Shown here: positions 18,852 to 26,757 of the stretch, piece by piece
Numbering within the stretch: position 1 is the first letter of the stretch
Layout: each line of letters begins with the position of its first letter
Assembly: GCA_019056805.1 (NCBI GenBank)
Contig: DXJG01000001.1
Span: forward strand, 156,572-188,571
Reading direction: 5' to 3'
From: Candidatus Baldrarchaeota archaeon
GTDB taxonomy: Archaea; Asgardarchaeota; Baldrarchaeia; Baldrarchaeales; DXJG01
DNA length: 32,000 bases
Notes under the pieces: generated by a model
The model's input: the letters and a program-made list of their open reading frames with translations, nothing else
Databases searched by the model: none
What the model was told of the DNA's origin: nothing
Made by a program: the position numbers and the translations under genes

Positions 18852-19820
18852 TTATTCACTTGATTTTTCTACTAAAAACTTTTTGACTTCACAAGCAATT
18901 ACACGAGCTAGAACAACGGGAACGGCTTCACCTACCTCTTCGTACTGTACAGATCTACCTCCAAAAAATACGTGATCATCTGGAAAACTCATCAAACGAG
19001 CATGCTCCCGCACTGTTAAAAAACGATCTTCGAAAGGGTGAATAAATCTAGAATTGCCTAAAACGGTTGGAGCAACCCTATAGGGATGTAATCTAGTCCA
19101 ATTAGTAAAAATTTTTCCTCTTGCACCTCTATAAAAGATAAGAGACTCCCCCCACCTAAGGGAAGCTATTTTCTTCCTTTTTCGTCTAGGTATGGGATGC
19201 CATTCATGATTAGGTACATCGTGTACACCTTCAGGATCTGGTAAGTCACCGATAGCCTCAATAACTGTAACCTTTTTCTTTACTGGCTTTGGAGAGAGTT
19301 TTATGTTAGAAATAAACAATCTTGAACGCCTAGAAGGATTACCGTATCTTTCAGCTCTTAAAAGATTAAAATATATTTTTGAATACCCTACTCGTTCAAA
19401 CTCTTTTTTTATTGCATCTTTTAAAGGGCCCTCAATAATTTGAGGGACATTTTCCATAACAAATACCTTTGGTCTTAAATCACCAACAAAACGAATAAAA
19501 CTTAATGTAAGTCTCCCAATAGGATCTTTATAAAGCCTATCTAGGGGATTTTCTAGTCTTTTAATATTGGCGGCTGTAAAGGGTTCACAAGGAGGCGAAC
19601 CTATAATAACATCGGGTTCTTTACCGATAAAACCCAAAAAGTCGATAGGATGAATATTTTTTATGTCTTCAACAATTAAAGTTGTATTTGGAAAATTGTA
19701 ACGATACGTTTCAGCTACGGGTGGAAAATTATCTATTGCTCCCACAACTTCGAAGTCCTCATCTACAAAGCCGCGAGAAAAACCACCAGCACCACAAAAC
19801 AGATCATAAACTCTAAACAT
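18852..19820 (-). CDS. C5-cytosine DNA methyltransferase (orphan)
   Basis: DLFCGAGG (motif I), GSPPC (IV), MENV (VI), R-R-F (VIII), LTVREHARLMSFPD and GEAVP. True start is ATG 19820 after a GAGGTGG SD; the ORF-track extension overlaps the tRNA. Confidence 0.92.
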   Translation of the reverse strand: MFRVYDLFCGAGGFSRGFVDEDFEVVGAIDNFPPVAETYRYNFPNTTLIVEDIKNIHPIDFLGFIGKEPDVIIGSPPCEPFTAANIKRLENPLDRLYKDPIGRLTLSFIRFVGDLRPKVFVMENVPQIIEGPLKDAIKKEFERVGYSKIYFNLLRAERYGNPSRRSRLFISNIKLSPKPVKKKVTVIEAIGDLPDPEGVHDVPNHEWHPIPRRKRKKIASLRWGESLIFYRGARGKIFTNWTRLHPYRVAPTVLGNSRFIHPFEDRFLTVREHARLMSFPDDHVFFGGRSVQYEEVGEAVPVVLARVIACEVKKFLVEKSSE

Positions 19821-19891
19821 ATATTCCACCTCAAAATTAGGGTGGCGCCGGGGGTGGGATTTGAACCCACGCGGCACAACGGCCACGGGCT

Positions 19892-19905
19892 ATCCACCCC
19901 TAGGA
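19892..19905 (-). other. BHB intron 3 of tRNA-Ser, canonical position 37/38 (14 nt)
   Basis: Helix CTGC/GTGG, bulges TA|T and AT|A, mini-stem CC/GG. Confidence 0.85.
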
Positions 19906-19913
19906 TAGCAGGC

Positions 19914-19941
19914 TTGAGCCCGCGAAGGAAACTATAGCGGA
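19914..19941 (-). other. BHB intron 2 of tRNA-Ser, position 29/30 (28 nt)
   Basis: Perfect helix GAGC/GCTC, bulges GG|T and AA|G, intron stem CCGC/GCGG. Confidence 0.88.
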
Positions 19942-19956
19942 CCGCTCCCTACCAGG

Positions 19957-19978
19957 TTCCCCGGAGATCTATTATCCT
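19957..19978 (-). other. BHB intron 1 of tRNA-Ser, position 15/16 (22 nt)
   Basis: Helix TCCT/GGGG, bulges AG|A and AA|C, short GGA/TCC intron stem. Confidence 0.83.
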
Positions 19979-20209
19979 CTAGGATACCCCGGCATTCTTT
20001 AATTAGATAAATGTGCGTCTTCCTTATTTATTATTTTCTAAGTTATTAATAGTGATTAATCAAAGAGCATGTTACTATACATAGTGGGTTTTTTAATTTT
20101 TGGAACAATAAGTCAAGTAACGGTTTAATAGAGATTTTGATAAATAGATCATAAATCAAGTAATATTCTTTAAATTTCAATAATATAGATAATTTTGAAA
20201 AGAATTAAA

Positions 20210-20559
20210 GCGGCCGCGGCCCCCTTGGGTGGATACCTTTCCCGATCGCGGTGTTTCAGCCCCCAGTCTCTACTCCGCACCCCCGTGAGCGCCGAACGTC
20301 CGGGGTTAGGTTGCTCCTTCGGGTGGACAGTAACACTCTCCATCTCCCGGGCCTGGCCTGGTTCCCCCGGTAAGGGTCGTAGTACTCCCGCCTAAGCGGG
20401 AGACCCGACCGCCGCCGACCCCACGGGACGGAGTTTCATCGCTGTGAGGCTAAATCCTGCGATCGGGGTTAGGTATCGCCCCTTGGGTTACTGGCCCCGC
20501 CATAAACCGGGTTTGCGGTTACAGGAAACCGGTAACTTCCCGGCCCTACCCGCGGCCGC
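20210..20559 (-). ncRNA. ffs: Archaeal SRP (7S) RNA with a 26-nt insertion/intron in helix 8
   Basis: Terminal helix GCGGCCGCGG/CCGCGGCCGC, Alu-domain CTGTAACC, long helix 5 (GATACCT/AGGTATC, CCCGATCGC/GCGATCGGG, ACTCCGT/GCGGAGT), helix 6 hairpin CTCCCGC/GCGGGAG, helix 8 GCCAGG...AGCAAC. Confidence 0.92.
20318..20343 (-). other. BHB intron in SRP RNA helix 8 (26 nt)
   Basis: Perfect helix CGGG/CCCG, bulges AG|A and AA|G, intron stem TGGA/TCCA; splicing gives CAGG-CCC-GGGA-GGG-AGCA. Confidence 0.87.
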
Positions 20560-20681
20560 ATAAAATAGTATGTTTTAATAGTCTAATTAGCTTTTCGTTC
20601 TAAAGTGTGATAAAATAAAAATTTATTTAGATATATGTGATTGGTATGGTGTTATTTGCGGTTATTTTGGAGGTGCTATGA

Positions 20682-20882
20682 GTGAAAGTCCTTTCCGTTG
20701 AGGAGTTTTTGAATCATGCTAGGAATTTGATAATGGGATCTAAGGTTGTTAGATTTGTAATAAAGAGAAAGAATGGAGAATACATTCTTCGAATATCAAA
20801 CAATAAAAAAACGTTCAGTATTGCTCTTTTGGAGCATAGACATGTCGAAGATATTTCTAGAAAGGTTTTGAAAATGCTATAA
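20682..20882 (+). CDS. 66-aa basic protein resembling SRP9/SRP14 (Alu-domain binding, alpha-beta-beta-beta-alpha)
   Basis: GGAGGTG SD, then GTG; MKVLSVEEFLNHARNL / VRFVIKRK / YILRISNNKKTFSIAL / C-terminal helix; head-to-head with the SRP RNA gene. Similarity judged by eye. Confidence 0.6.
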   Translation: MKVLSVEEFLNHARNLIMGSKVVRFVIKRKNGEYILRISNNKKTFSIALLEHRHVEDISRKVLKML

Positions 20883-21827
20883 TCTCTTAAGTTTTTGTAA
20901 TAGTTCACATGCCTTACATATTTCATGTGGAGTTGGTTCTCCACAAATTTTACATTCTCTTAAGGAAATCTTCTTTCGGAATGCTTGTTTTAAAATAGGC
21001 AAAAGTTTCAAATGGGTATTTAAAATAGTAAATTTTGTCCCGGGTCGTTTTTCTTCCATTTTATTTAGGAAATCCTTGATATCCCCCCTTAAGGCATACT
21101 GGGCATAGGGACATGGATTCGAAAAGAAATCTAATTCTCTAAGATAGGCATAAAAAGTGACTTCATTTTCTGGAACCTCTAATAGTGGTTTTACTCTAGG
21201 AACAAATTTCGGGTGAACAAAGAATTGGGCAGGTTCCAGCCTAGCTAATCTCTCTACATCTCCTCTCAAGAGATTAATGAGAATTGTTTGACTTTCATCA
21301 TCCAAATTATGGGCCATCGCAAGCTTATCGGCATGAACTTCCCTAGCCGCCAAGTTCAATGCTTTTCTTCTCAAAACTCCGCAAAAAGTACATGGAGCGA
21401 GTTTTAAATCGCTATTTAAGGTTTTTTCAACTATTTGATCTAAAGTATAATCGAAAAAATCTTTAAATGAAAACACTACATGTTCAATGGCCAACAATCT
21501 AGAAATTTTTCTAGCAATTTTTAAGCTTCCTTCTCTATAACCCTTTATACCTTCATCAATAGTAATTGCAATTAATTCGGACTTAGGAAATTTTTCTTCT
21601 ATTTTATTAAGAGCATAAAGTAATACTACACTATCCTTTCCACCTGAAACACCGACAGCTATTCGATCGTCTTCTTTAAACATCTTGAACCTTGAAATTG
21701 TACTTTTTATTCGATTTTCAACAGATACTAAAAAACATTTTTTACAAAGTTTTTCACCAGAATACTTTCTGAAGAAAACTGCTGGTTTTTTCTTACACTT
21801 AGTACAAATGGTCTTAATATTATTCAC
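20877..21827 (-). CDS. ttuA: tRNA 2-thiouridine synthetase TtuA/Ncs6 (TIGR00269-like)
   Basis: N- and C-terminal Zn fingers, PP-loop SGGKDS, CTFCGVLRR, HNLDD and CPY. Confidence 0.93.
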   Translation of the reverse strand: MNNIKTICTKCKKKPAVFFRKYSGEKLCKKCFLVSVENRIKSTISRFKMFKEDDRIAVGVSGGKDSVVLLYALNKIEEKFPKSELIAITIDEGIKGYREGSLKIARKISRLLAIEHVVFSFKDFFDYTLDQIVEKTLNSDLKLAPCTFCGVLRRKALNLAAREVHADKLAMAHNLDDESQTILINLLRGDVERLARLEPAQFFVHPKFVPRVKPLLEVPENEVTFYAYLRELDFFSNPCPYAQYALRGDIKDFLNKMEEKRPGTKFTILNTHLKLLPILKQAFRKKISLRECKICGEPTPHEICKACELLQKLKRL

Positions 21828-21841
21828 CTAAATTCATCCAC

Positions 21842-23086
21842 CTAAGGGATTTTAAATCCGACTTTTAAAAATGTGAATACAAAATTCAATATTAATATCA
21901 AAACAGATAACGAAGCTATGGCTATTCGAATCGTTTGCGATGTTTTTTCTGTCTTTCTATGTTTTTTCATCCATTCTCTAATTAGATCATTAATAAGTCG
22001 ATCTCCATCAAAAAAAGGTATGGGTAACATGTTAAAAATTGCAAGACTAAGTGAGAGTAGAAAAGTCCAATTTATAACTTCAAAGAAATAGTATGGTGCC
22101 ATTATTCCTAACATCTTACTAAATATATTTCTAGGAGGGTAATAATTGAATGTATATATGCCTATATAACCTCTAGAAGAATTTACGGGATGTTCTACTG
22201 TTACTAACTCGAGAGTTCCATGACTCGTATTAAATACTAAAGTCTGACCCGGACTTACGTGTATAAGATAATTGTGAAATTCCTCAACACTATGAACTTC
22301 AGTACCATTTATTTCAAATATAATAGTTCCAGGAGTAAAGACAGTAGAACCCGGAGTACCCTCTACAACGTCAGTAATCAAAACACCCATAGGAGCCGCA
22401 TAAAAAGGCAAAATTAAAAACTCAAAATTTATCAATAGAAAAAGAAACAACAAAGCAACAATTAAATTCGCCATAGACCCTGCACCAAAAATCTTAAGTC
22501 TTTTATTCACTGGTTCTCTCTTCATTTTGTTCTCGTCTAATTCCACAAATGCTCCCGGTATCAAAATAGCCAGAAGTACACCGGAACTCTTTACGGGTAT
22601 TTCCTCAGACTCCGCTGCAAGTCCATGAGCAAGTTCATGAGCAGTCACCGATATACCAAGTGCAAAAAACAAATAATACAGAGTTTTTCCCGTTATAGTT
22701 ATACCAGGCAGAACCGGAACCACAGAAGCCGCCGTTGAAGGACTTACAAAAAACCTCACCAAATTAATAAGCAAGAAATAAAAACCATAAAGTAAAGATG
22801 CAAATCCCAAAGGTATACCTATAAGCCATATCTTCCTCCAGAGCCAAGGAGCCTTTTTTGCTACCTTTCGAATGAAATTATTAAATCTTTTTGTTTTCCA
22901 TAAAATGACAAACGGAGAAATCTCTAACCCATACTTTTCCAGATGTAAGTACTGCCCGACAAGTACAATCATGAGCCAAAAAACCAATAAAATCATAAGT
23001 GGTGAAGCCATGGTATATCCCAAAAGGTCAAATAAATTTACACCTAAAAAGTTTATGTTATTTTTAGTCAAAGAATGAGAAGGCAT
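21842..23086 (-). CDS. Site-2 protease (M50) with PDZ domain
   Basis: HELAH, PGAFVE, AGSMAN, PDZ-like segment and NMLPIPFFDG. Confidence 0.92.
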   Translation of the reverse strand: MPSHSLTKNNINFLGVNLFDLLGYTMASPLMILLVFWLMIVLVGQYLHLEKYGLEISPFVILWKTKRFNNFIRKVAKKAPWLWRKIWLIGIPLGFASLLYGFYFLLINLVRFFVSPSTAASVVPVLPGITITGKTLYYLFFALGISVTAHELAHGLAAESEEIPVKSSGVLLAILIPGAFVELDENKMKREPVNKRLKIFGAGSMANLIVALLFLFLLINFEFLILPFYAAPMGVLITDVVEGTPGSTVFTPGTIIFEINGTEVHSVEEFHNYLIHVSPGQTLVFNTSHGTLELVTVEHPVNSSRGYIGIYTFNYYPPRNIFSKMLGIMAPYYFFEVINWTFLLSLSLAIFNMLPIPFFDGDRLINDLIREWMKKHRKTEKTSQTIRIAIASLSVLILILNFVFTFLKVGFKIP

Positions 23087-23158
23087 CAAAAGACTTCGGA
23101 AACCTTTATTCTTTTTTAATTCTTATTTTACTATAGAACACATGGAGTTATAGATTAA

Positions 23159-23878
23159 ATGGCAAAGAAACCAATTAAAATAAGAGATAAGATAAAAGTG
23201 ATTTATACAAAAGAGAGATGGGAACTTCTAAAGAAATTTAGAGATAAAGCTTTGAAAATAATGGAGCTACTGGCAAGAAACAATGTTCAAGCAATAGTTC
23301 ATGGCAGTATTGCAAGGGGGGATGTTACACCTCAAAGCGATATAGACATAGTCATACCACAAACGATATCTCCTTTCCACGTGGAATCGGTGTTACATAG
23401 TGCTGGGTTTGACTTTTATTCTCGGCAAATAGTCCAAGCTACGCCATGGCATTCTATAAAAGCTCACATATACTTAGATGAAAAAACCGTAGTAACGTTT
23501 CCACTTGTCAAACTTAGGGGAAGAGAATGGGAGTTCTATAAGTTTGGCGGATTAGTAACTATAAATGATCTCAAAAAGAACATTAGAGTTCCAGGAGTTG
23601 ACAAACGCTTAATACTTATTGAACCCACGTCACAAGGCCATCTTGAAAGTTCTATTATTGGCAGAGAATCTGAGGTAGCAAAAATTTTAGGAGTAAGCAT
23701 CGACATAGTTGAGGAAAGAATAAATATTTTACTAAGAAGGGACAAAATAGGAAGAACCGGAATATATTTGAAAAGAGAACTATTACCTCACGAAACTTTC
23801 GGTGAAGTTTTGAAGAAAATCGCTGACAGAGATCCCATTGTTCGAAGAAGAATTCTAGAGAATGAAGGAGTGAAATAG
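23159..23878 (+). CDS. Predicted nucleotidyltransferase (archaeal conserved)
   Basis: HGSIARGDV...SDIDI Pol-beta-type motif; RVPGVDKRLILIEPT and R...GRTG tail. Confidence 0.85.
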   Translation: MAKKPIKIRDKIKVIYTKERWELLKKFRDKALKIMELLARNNVQAIVHGSIARGDVTPQSDIDIVIPQTISPFHVESVLHSAGFDFYSRQIVQATPWHSIKAHIYLDEKTVVTFPLVKLRGREWEFYKFGGLVTINDLKKNIRVPGVDKRLILIEPTSQGHLESSIIGRESEVAKILGVSIDIVEERINILLRRDKIGRTGIYLKRELLPHETFGEVLKKIADRDPIVRRRILENEGVK

Positions 23879-23881
23879 TAA

Positions 23882-24967
23882 ATGCGCAAAATAAAGGAAA
23901 CTATAGGCAGATCTCTGGTTGTGGGGAAACTTCCACATGGCTGTGAACTATGTATGGAAGGAGCTAAACTGGTTCTCTTTGTAACAGGTTTATGTCCCAG
24001 AAGATGCTTTTACTGTCCACTTTCGGAAGCAAGACGATGGAAAGATGTAACATTTGCTAACGAACTGGAGGTAAAGAAAAATGAAGATATAATTAGAGAA
24101 GCTAAATTAATGAACGCGCTTGGGGCAGGAATAACCGGAGGAGACCCCCTAGTAAAGCTGGAAAGAGCTATAAAATACATTAAAATACTTAAAGAAACTT
24201 TCGGATCAGATTTTCACATCCATTTATACACTAGCGGAAGAACAGCCACTAAAAAAATCTTACATGAACTTTCAGAGATAGGATTAGATGAAATACGTTT
24301 CCATCCTAGCAAAAACGACTGGAAAAAAATTGAATGGGCAGTTGACACAAACATGGATGTTGGCGCCGAGATTCCTGCAATACCCGGAAAAGTTGATGAA
24401 ATTAAAAAATTCGCTAAATATCTTGACGATATTGGAGCATCTTTTCTCAATTTAAACGAGTTGGAATTTAGTGAGACAAATGCTCAAGAACTTAGAAAAA
24501 GAAATATTAAACCTAAAAGTGGCACGTTGGCAGCAGCTGAGGGAAGCGAGGAAACCGCAATTGAAATTTTAAAATGGGCGGCCAACAATCTAAAAATAAC
24601 GGTACATTATTGCCCATCAAGTCTTAAAGACAGTATTCAACTTAAAAACAGACTTTTAAGAAGAGCAAAAATCGTAGCTAAACCTTATGAAGAAATCACA
24701 GAGGACGGACTGCTTGTTAAGGGGATAATACAACTACCAAATAAAGATCCTAATTATCTAAAACAGTTAAAACTCATTTTAATAAGGCGATACGGAGTTC
24801 CCTCAAAGTTATTGTACGTAGATGAAGAAAAAATGGTAATTGAAACAGCTTGGTACATTGTTGAAGAGTTATCTAAAGAGCTAAAACGTAGATTCAAAGC
24901 CAAAGTTGGCATTGTTGAAGAGTATCCAACAGCTGATAGAATTAGAATATCATATACCCCTCTCTAA
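23882..24967 (+). CDS. Uncharacterised archaeal radical SAM protein
   Basis: TGLCPRRCFYCP, GITGGDP, HIHLYT, DEIRFHP and NLNELEFSE. Confidence 0.9.
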   Translation: MRKIKETIGRSLVVGKLPHGCELCMEGAKLVLFVTGLCPRRCFYCPLSEARRWKDVTFANELEVKKNEDIIREAKLMNALGAGITGGDPLVKLERAIKYIKILKETFGSDFHIHLYTSGRTATKKILHELSEIGLDEIRFHPSKNDWKKIEWAVDTNMDVGAEIPAIPGKVDEIKKFAKYLDDIGASFLNLNELEFSETNAQELRKRNIKPKSGTLAAAEGSEETAIEILKWAANNLKITVHYCPSSLKDSIQLKNRLLRRAKIVAKPYEEITEDGLLVKGIIQLPNKDPNYLKQLKLILIRRYGVPSKLLYVDEEKMVIETAWYIVEELSKELKRRFKAKVGIVEEYPTADRIRISYTPL

Positions 24968-24973
24968 CATTAA

Positions 24974-26077
24974 TTAACCACTGTAACTGTCTGGTAATTT
25001 ATATCTAAGTAAGGCTGCTATTCCACCAAAATTCTCCAACTGCTTGCCAGCTGGAGTGTTTGCTGAAAAAATTACTACTTTTCCCCTTCTCTTTTCTACC
25101 TCTCTCAGTAATTCATCAAGTTTCTTTCTTTCTTCCCTAGACGATTCCCTAAGTTTTTTATCTGTTATTAGTAAGATATCTACTGCTCCAAGAGTTACTG
25201 CTTTTTCTACGTCTTCCATTCCATAAGCTATAGTACCACTTTCCTGGCCTAGCCTCTTCAAAAACTCTTCCATAAGCTTAAGTTCCTCTTCGACACGCAT
25301 TTCCTCAGCAACCTTCGAAATAACTCCTCTACGAAGAACTTCATAAACAGCGTTTTCACCGCCACTACTAGCTGTTTCTATAATTACCTTACCTGAAAGT
25401 TCGGGGGCTTTTGAGACTAAATATTTTAAAAAATGTTCTTTTGTAAATCCGGGGCCAGCTATTACTATTGTTGAAAGATTATCTACTTTTTTCATGTTTT
25501 CATCTATAACCTTAAAGACATCGCTAAAAAACTTCTTTACAGCTTCATCATGATATTTTGAGGCTAAGCGTTTCCCTGGTATGCTTTGAATAACTTGAGC
25601 CACTATTGTAAGATCGTAATCGCTAACTATTGCTACAGTTGCTTCTCCTTCCTCTATAGCTACCACAAGAGCTTTCGGTTTTCTCACCGCTTCCACAGCT
25701 TCCTTTACTCTCCTCAAAACAAAATCAGGCCATTCTTCTTTAATTATCTTAATTTGTGTTCCAACATTAACATTAATAGTATGATAGGATCCAAGGGCAC
25801 CTATATTATCAGGAGCTTCTATAATTATTCCTTTAATCCTTAATCTACTGGTAAATTCGTGAAAGTCGACGTTTTCAACTTTTAAACCCATATAAACAAG
25901 TTTTTTCTCGGCTTTTTTCTTTCTTTTTACTTCTTCACCCCTATCTACTTTTCGGAGAGTTTTTGCATAAACGATATCTCCTGGGACAATAATATTATAA
26001 AGATGCCATAAATCGTCTAAATTTTCTGGAACAAGAGTTAATTCTCCTCTTTTAATATTTTCATGAACAATTCTCAT
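24974..26077 (-). CDS. pelA: Pelota/Dom34 ribosome-rescue factor
   Basis: PENLDDLWHLYNII, FHEFTSRLRIKG, IAGPGFTK and QLENFGGIAALLRY; ATG 26077 is the likely start. Confidence 0.95.
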   Translation of the reverse strand: MRIVHENIKRGELTLVPENLDDLWHLYNIIVPGDIVYAKTLRKVDRGEEVKRKKKAEKKLVYMGLKVENVDFHEFTSRLRIKGIIIEAPDNIGALGSYHTINVNVGTQIKIIKEEWPDFVLRRVKEAVEAVRKPKALVVAIEEGEATVAIVSDYDLTIVAQVIQSIPGKRLASKYHDEAVKKFFSDVFKVIDENMKKVDNLSTIVIAGPGFTKEHFLKYLVSKAPELSGKVIIETASSGGENAVYEVLRRGVISKVAEEMRVEEELKLMEEFLKRLGQESGTIAYGMEDVEKAVTLGAVDILLITDKKLRESSREERKKLDELLREVEKRRGKVVIFSANTPAGKQLENFGGIAALLRYKLPDSYSG

Positions 26078-26179
26078 TGACAACACACTCACATATACAT
26101 CAAATTAAAGTAACAATTTTATCTGCTTAACTTAAAGGCATATAGTAAGATAATTGTTAATAATTGAGGGCTGGATAAC

Positions 26180-26656
26180 GTGAAAATTAGCAAAATTACA
26201 AAGAAACATATACTTAAAAATATATCTATACGTCTAGTTCAAGAAGCGGATTTACAGAGAATCTATGAAATAGAAACAAAAGCCTTTAAAACACCGTATT
26301 CTTTTTTTACTCTTCAAACACTTTTCTGGTTTAACAGAGAGTATTTTTATGTTGCAGAGCTGAAAGAAAAAGTAATCGGATTTATCATCGGAGATTTAAG
26401 AGGGTATTCTCATGGCCATATAGTTTCTATTGCTGTTGATGAACAATACAGAGGAAAAGGTATAGGAAGATGTTTAATAGAAACATTAATTGAAAAATTT
26501 AAGAAAAATGGCATAAAAATTGTAAGGCTAGAGGTTGCAGTTTCAAATATTGTCGCACAATCAATATATAAGAAAATGGGGTTCAAAATAGTTGATTGTA
26601 TCGAAAAATATTATAGTGACGGAGAAGACGCCTTTATTATGGAAAAGCGACTATAA
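26180..26656 (+). CDS. rimI: RimI/Ard1-type N-terminal acetyltransferase (GNAT)
   Basis: GHIVSIAV...YRGKGIG, LEVAVSN and YYSDGEDA. Confidence 0.88.
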   Translation: MKISKITKKHILKNISIRLVQEADLQRIYEIETKAFKTPYSFFTLQTLFWFNREYFYVAELKEKVIGFIIGDLRGYSHGHIVSIAVDEQYRGKGIGRCLIETLIEKFKKNGIKIVRLEVAVSNIVAQSIYKKMGFKIVDCIEKYYSDGEDAFIMEKRL

Positions 26657-26757
26657 AATTGTTTGCCACAAACCTCTTCTAGCTTACTTAAATATGCGAT
26701 ATTTTTAAGGGAAGTAACTATTTAGTTACATTTAGAGAGGTTGCAAGAGGAAAAACA

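Larger units (their letters stand above)
19843..19993 (-). tRNA. tRNA-Ser(GCT) with three BHB introns, long variable arm and encoded CCA
   Basis: GCCGGGG/CCCCGGC acceptor with G73; after removing 22+28+14 nt the 87-nt product folds as TCCTAG-CCTGGTA-GGGA D arm, CGGGC-CT-GCT-AA-GCCCG anticodon arm and GTGGG-TTCAAAT-CCCAC T arm. Confidence 0.9.

Noticed and set aside
19821-19886. N-terminal extension of the methyltransferase in the ORF track
   Set aside because: It overlaps the tRNA-Ser 3' end; the SD supports ATG 19820.
19892-19921. Apparent tRNA-Leu(CAA) anticodon arm GCGGG-CT-CAA-G
   Set aside because: It is formed by intron 2 sequence. The GCCGGGG acceptor, G73 and three clean BHB motifs give tRNA-Ser(GCT).
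18131-20210. Integrated element at the tRNA 3' ends
   Set aside because: No integrase, no duplicated tRNA 3' fragment (att site) and no compositional shift.
20195-20395. 66-aa plus-strand ORF
   Set aside because: Antisense to the SRP RNA, atypical composition, no SD; spurious.
20210-20559. GC-rich island first read as RNase P RNA
   Set aside because: It lacks the GAGGAAAGTCC-type CR-I motif, while the Alu CTGTAACC, helix 5/6 pairing and helix-8 CAGG/AGCA identify SRP RNA.
20200-20570. Terminal BHB that would circularise or permute the SRP RNA
   Set aside because: The flanks are AT-rich and do not pair into a BHB; the gene order is non-permuted.
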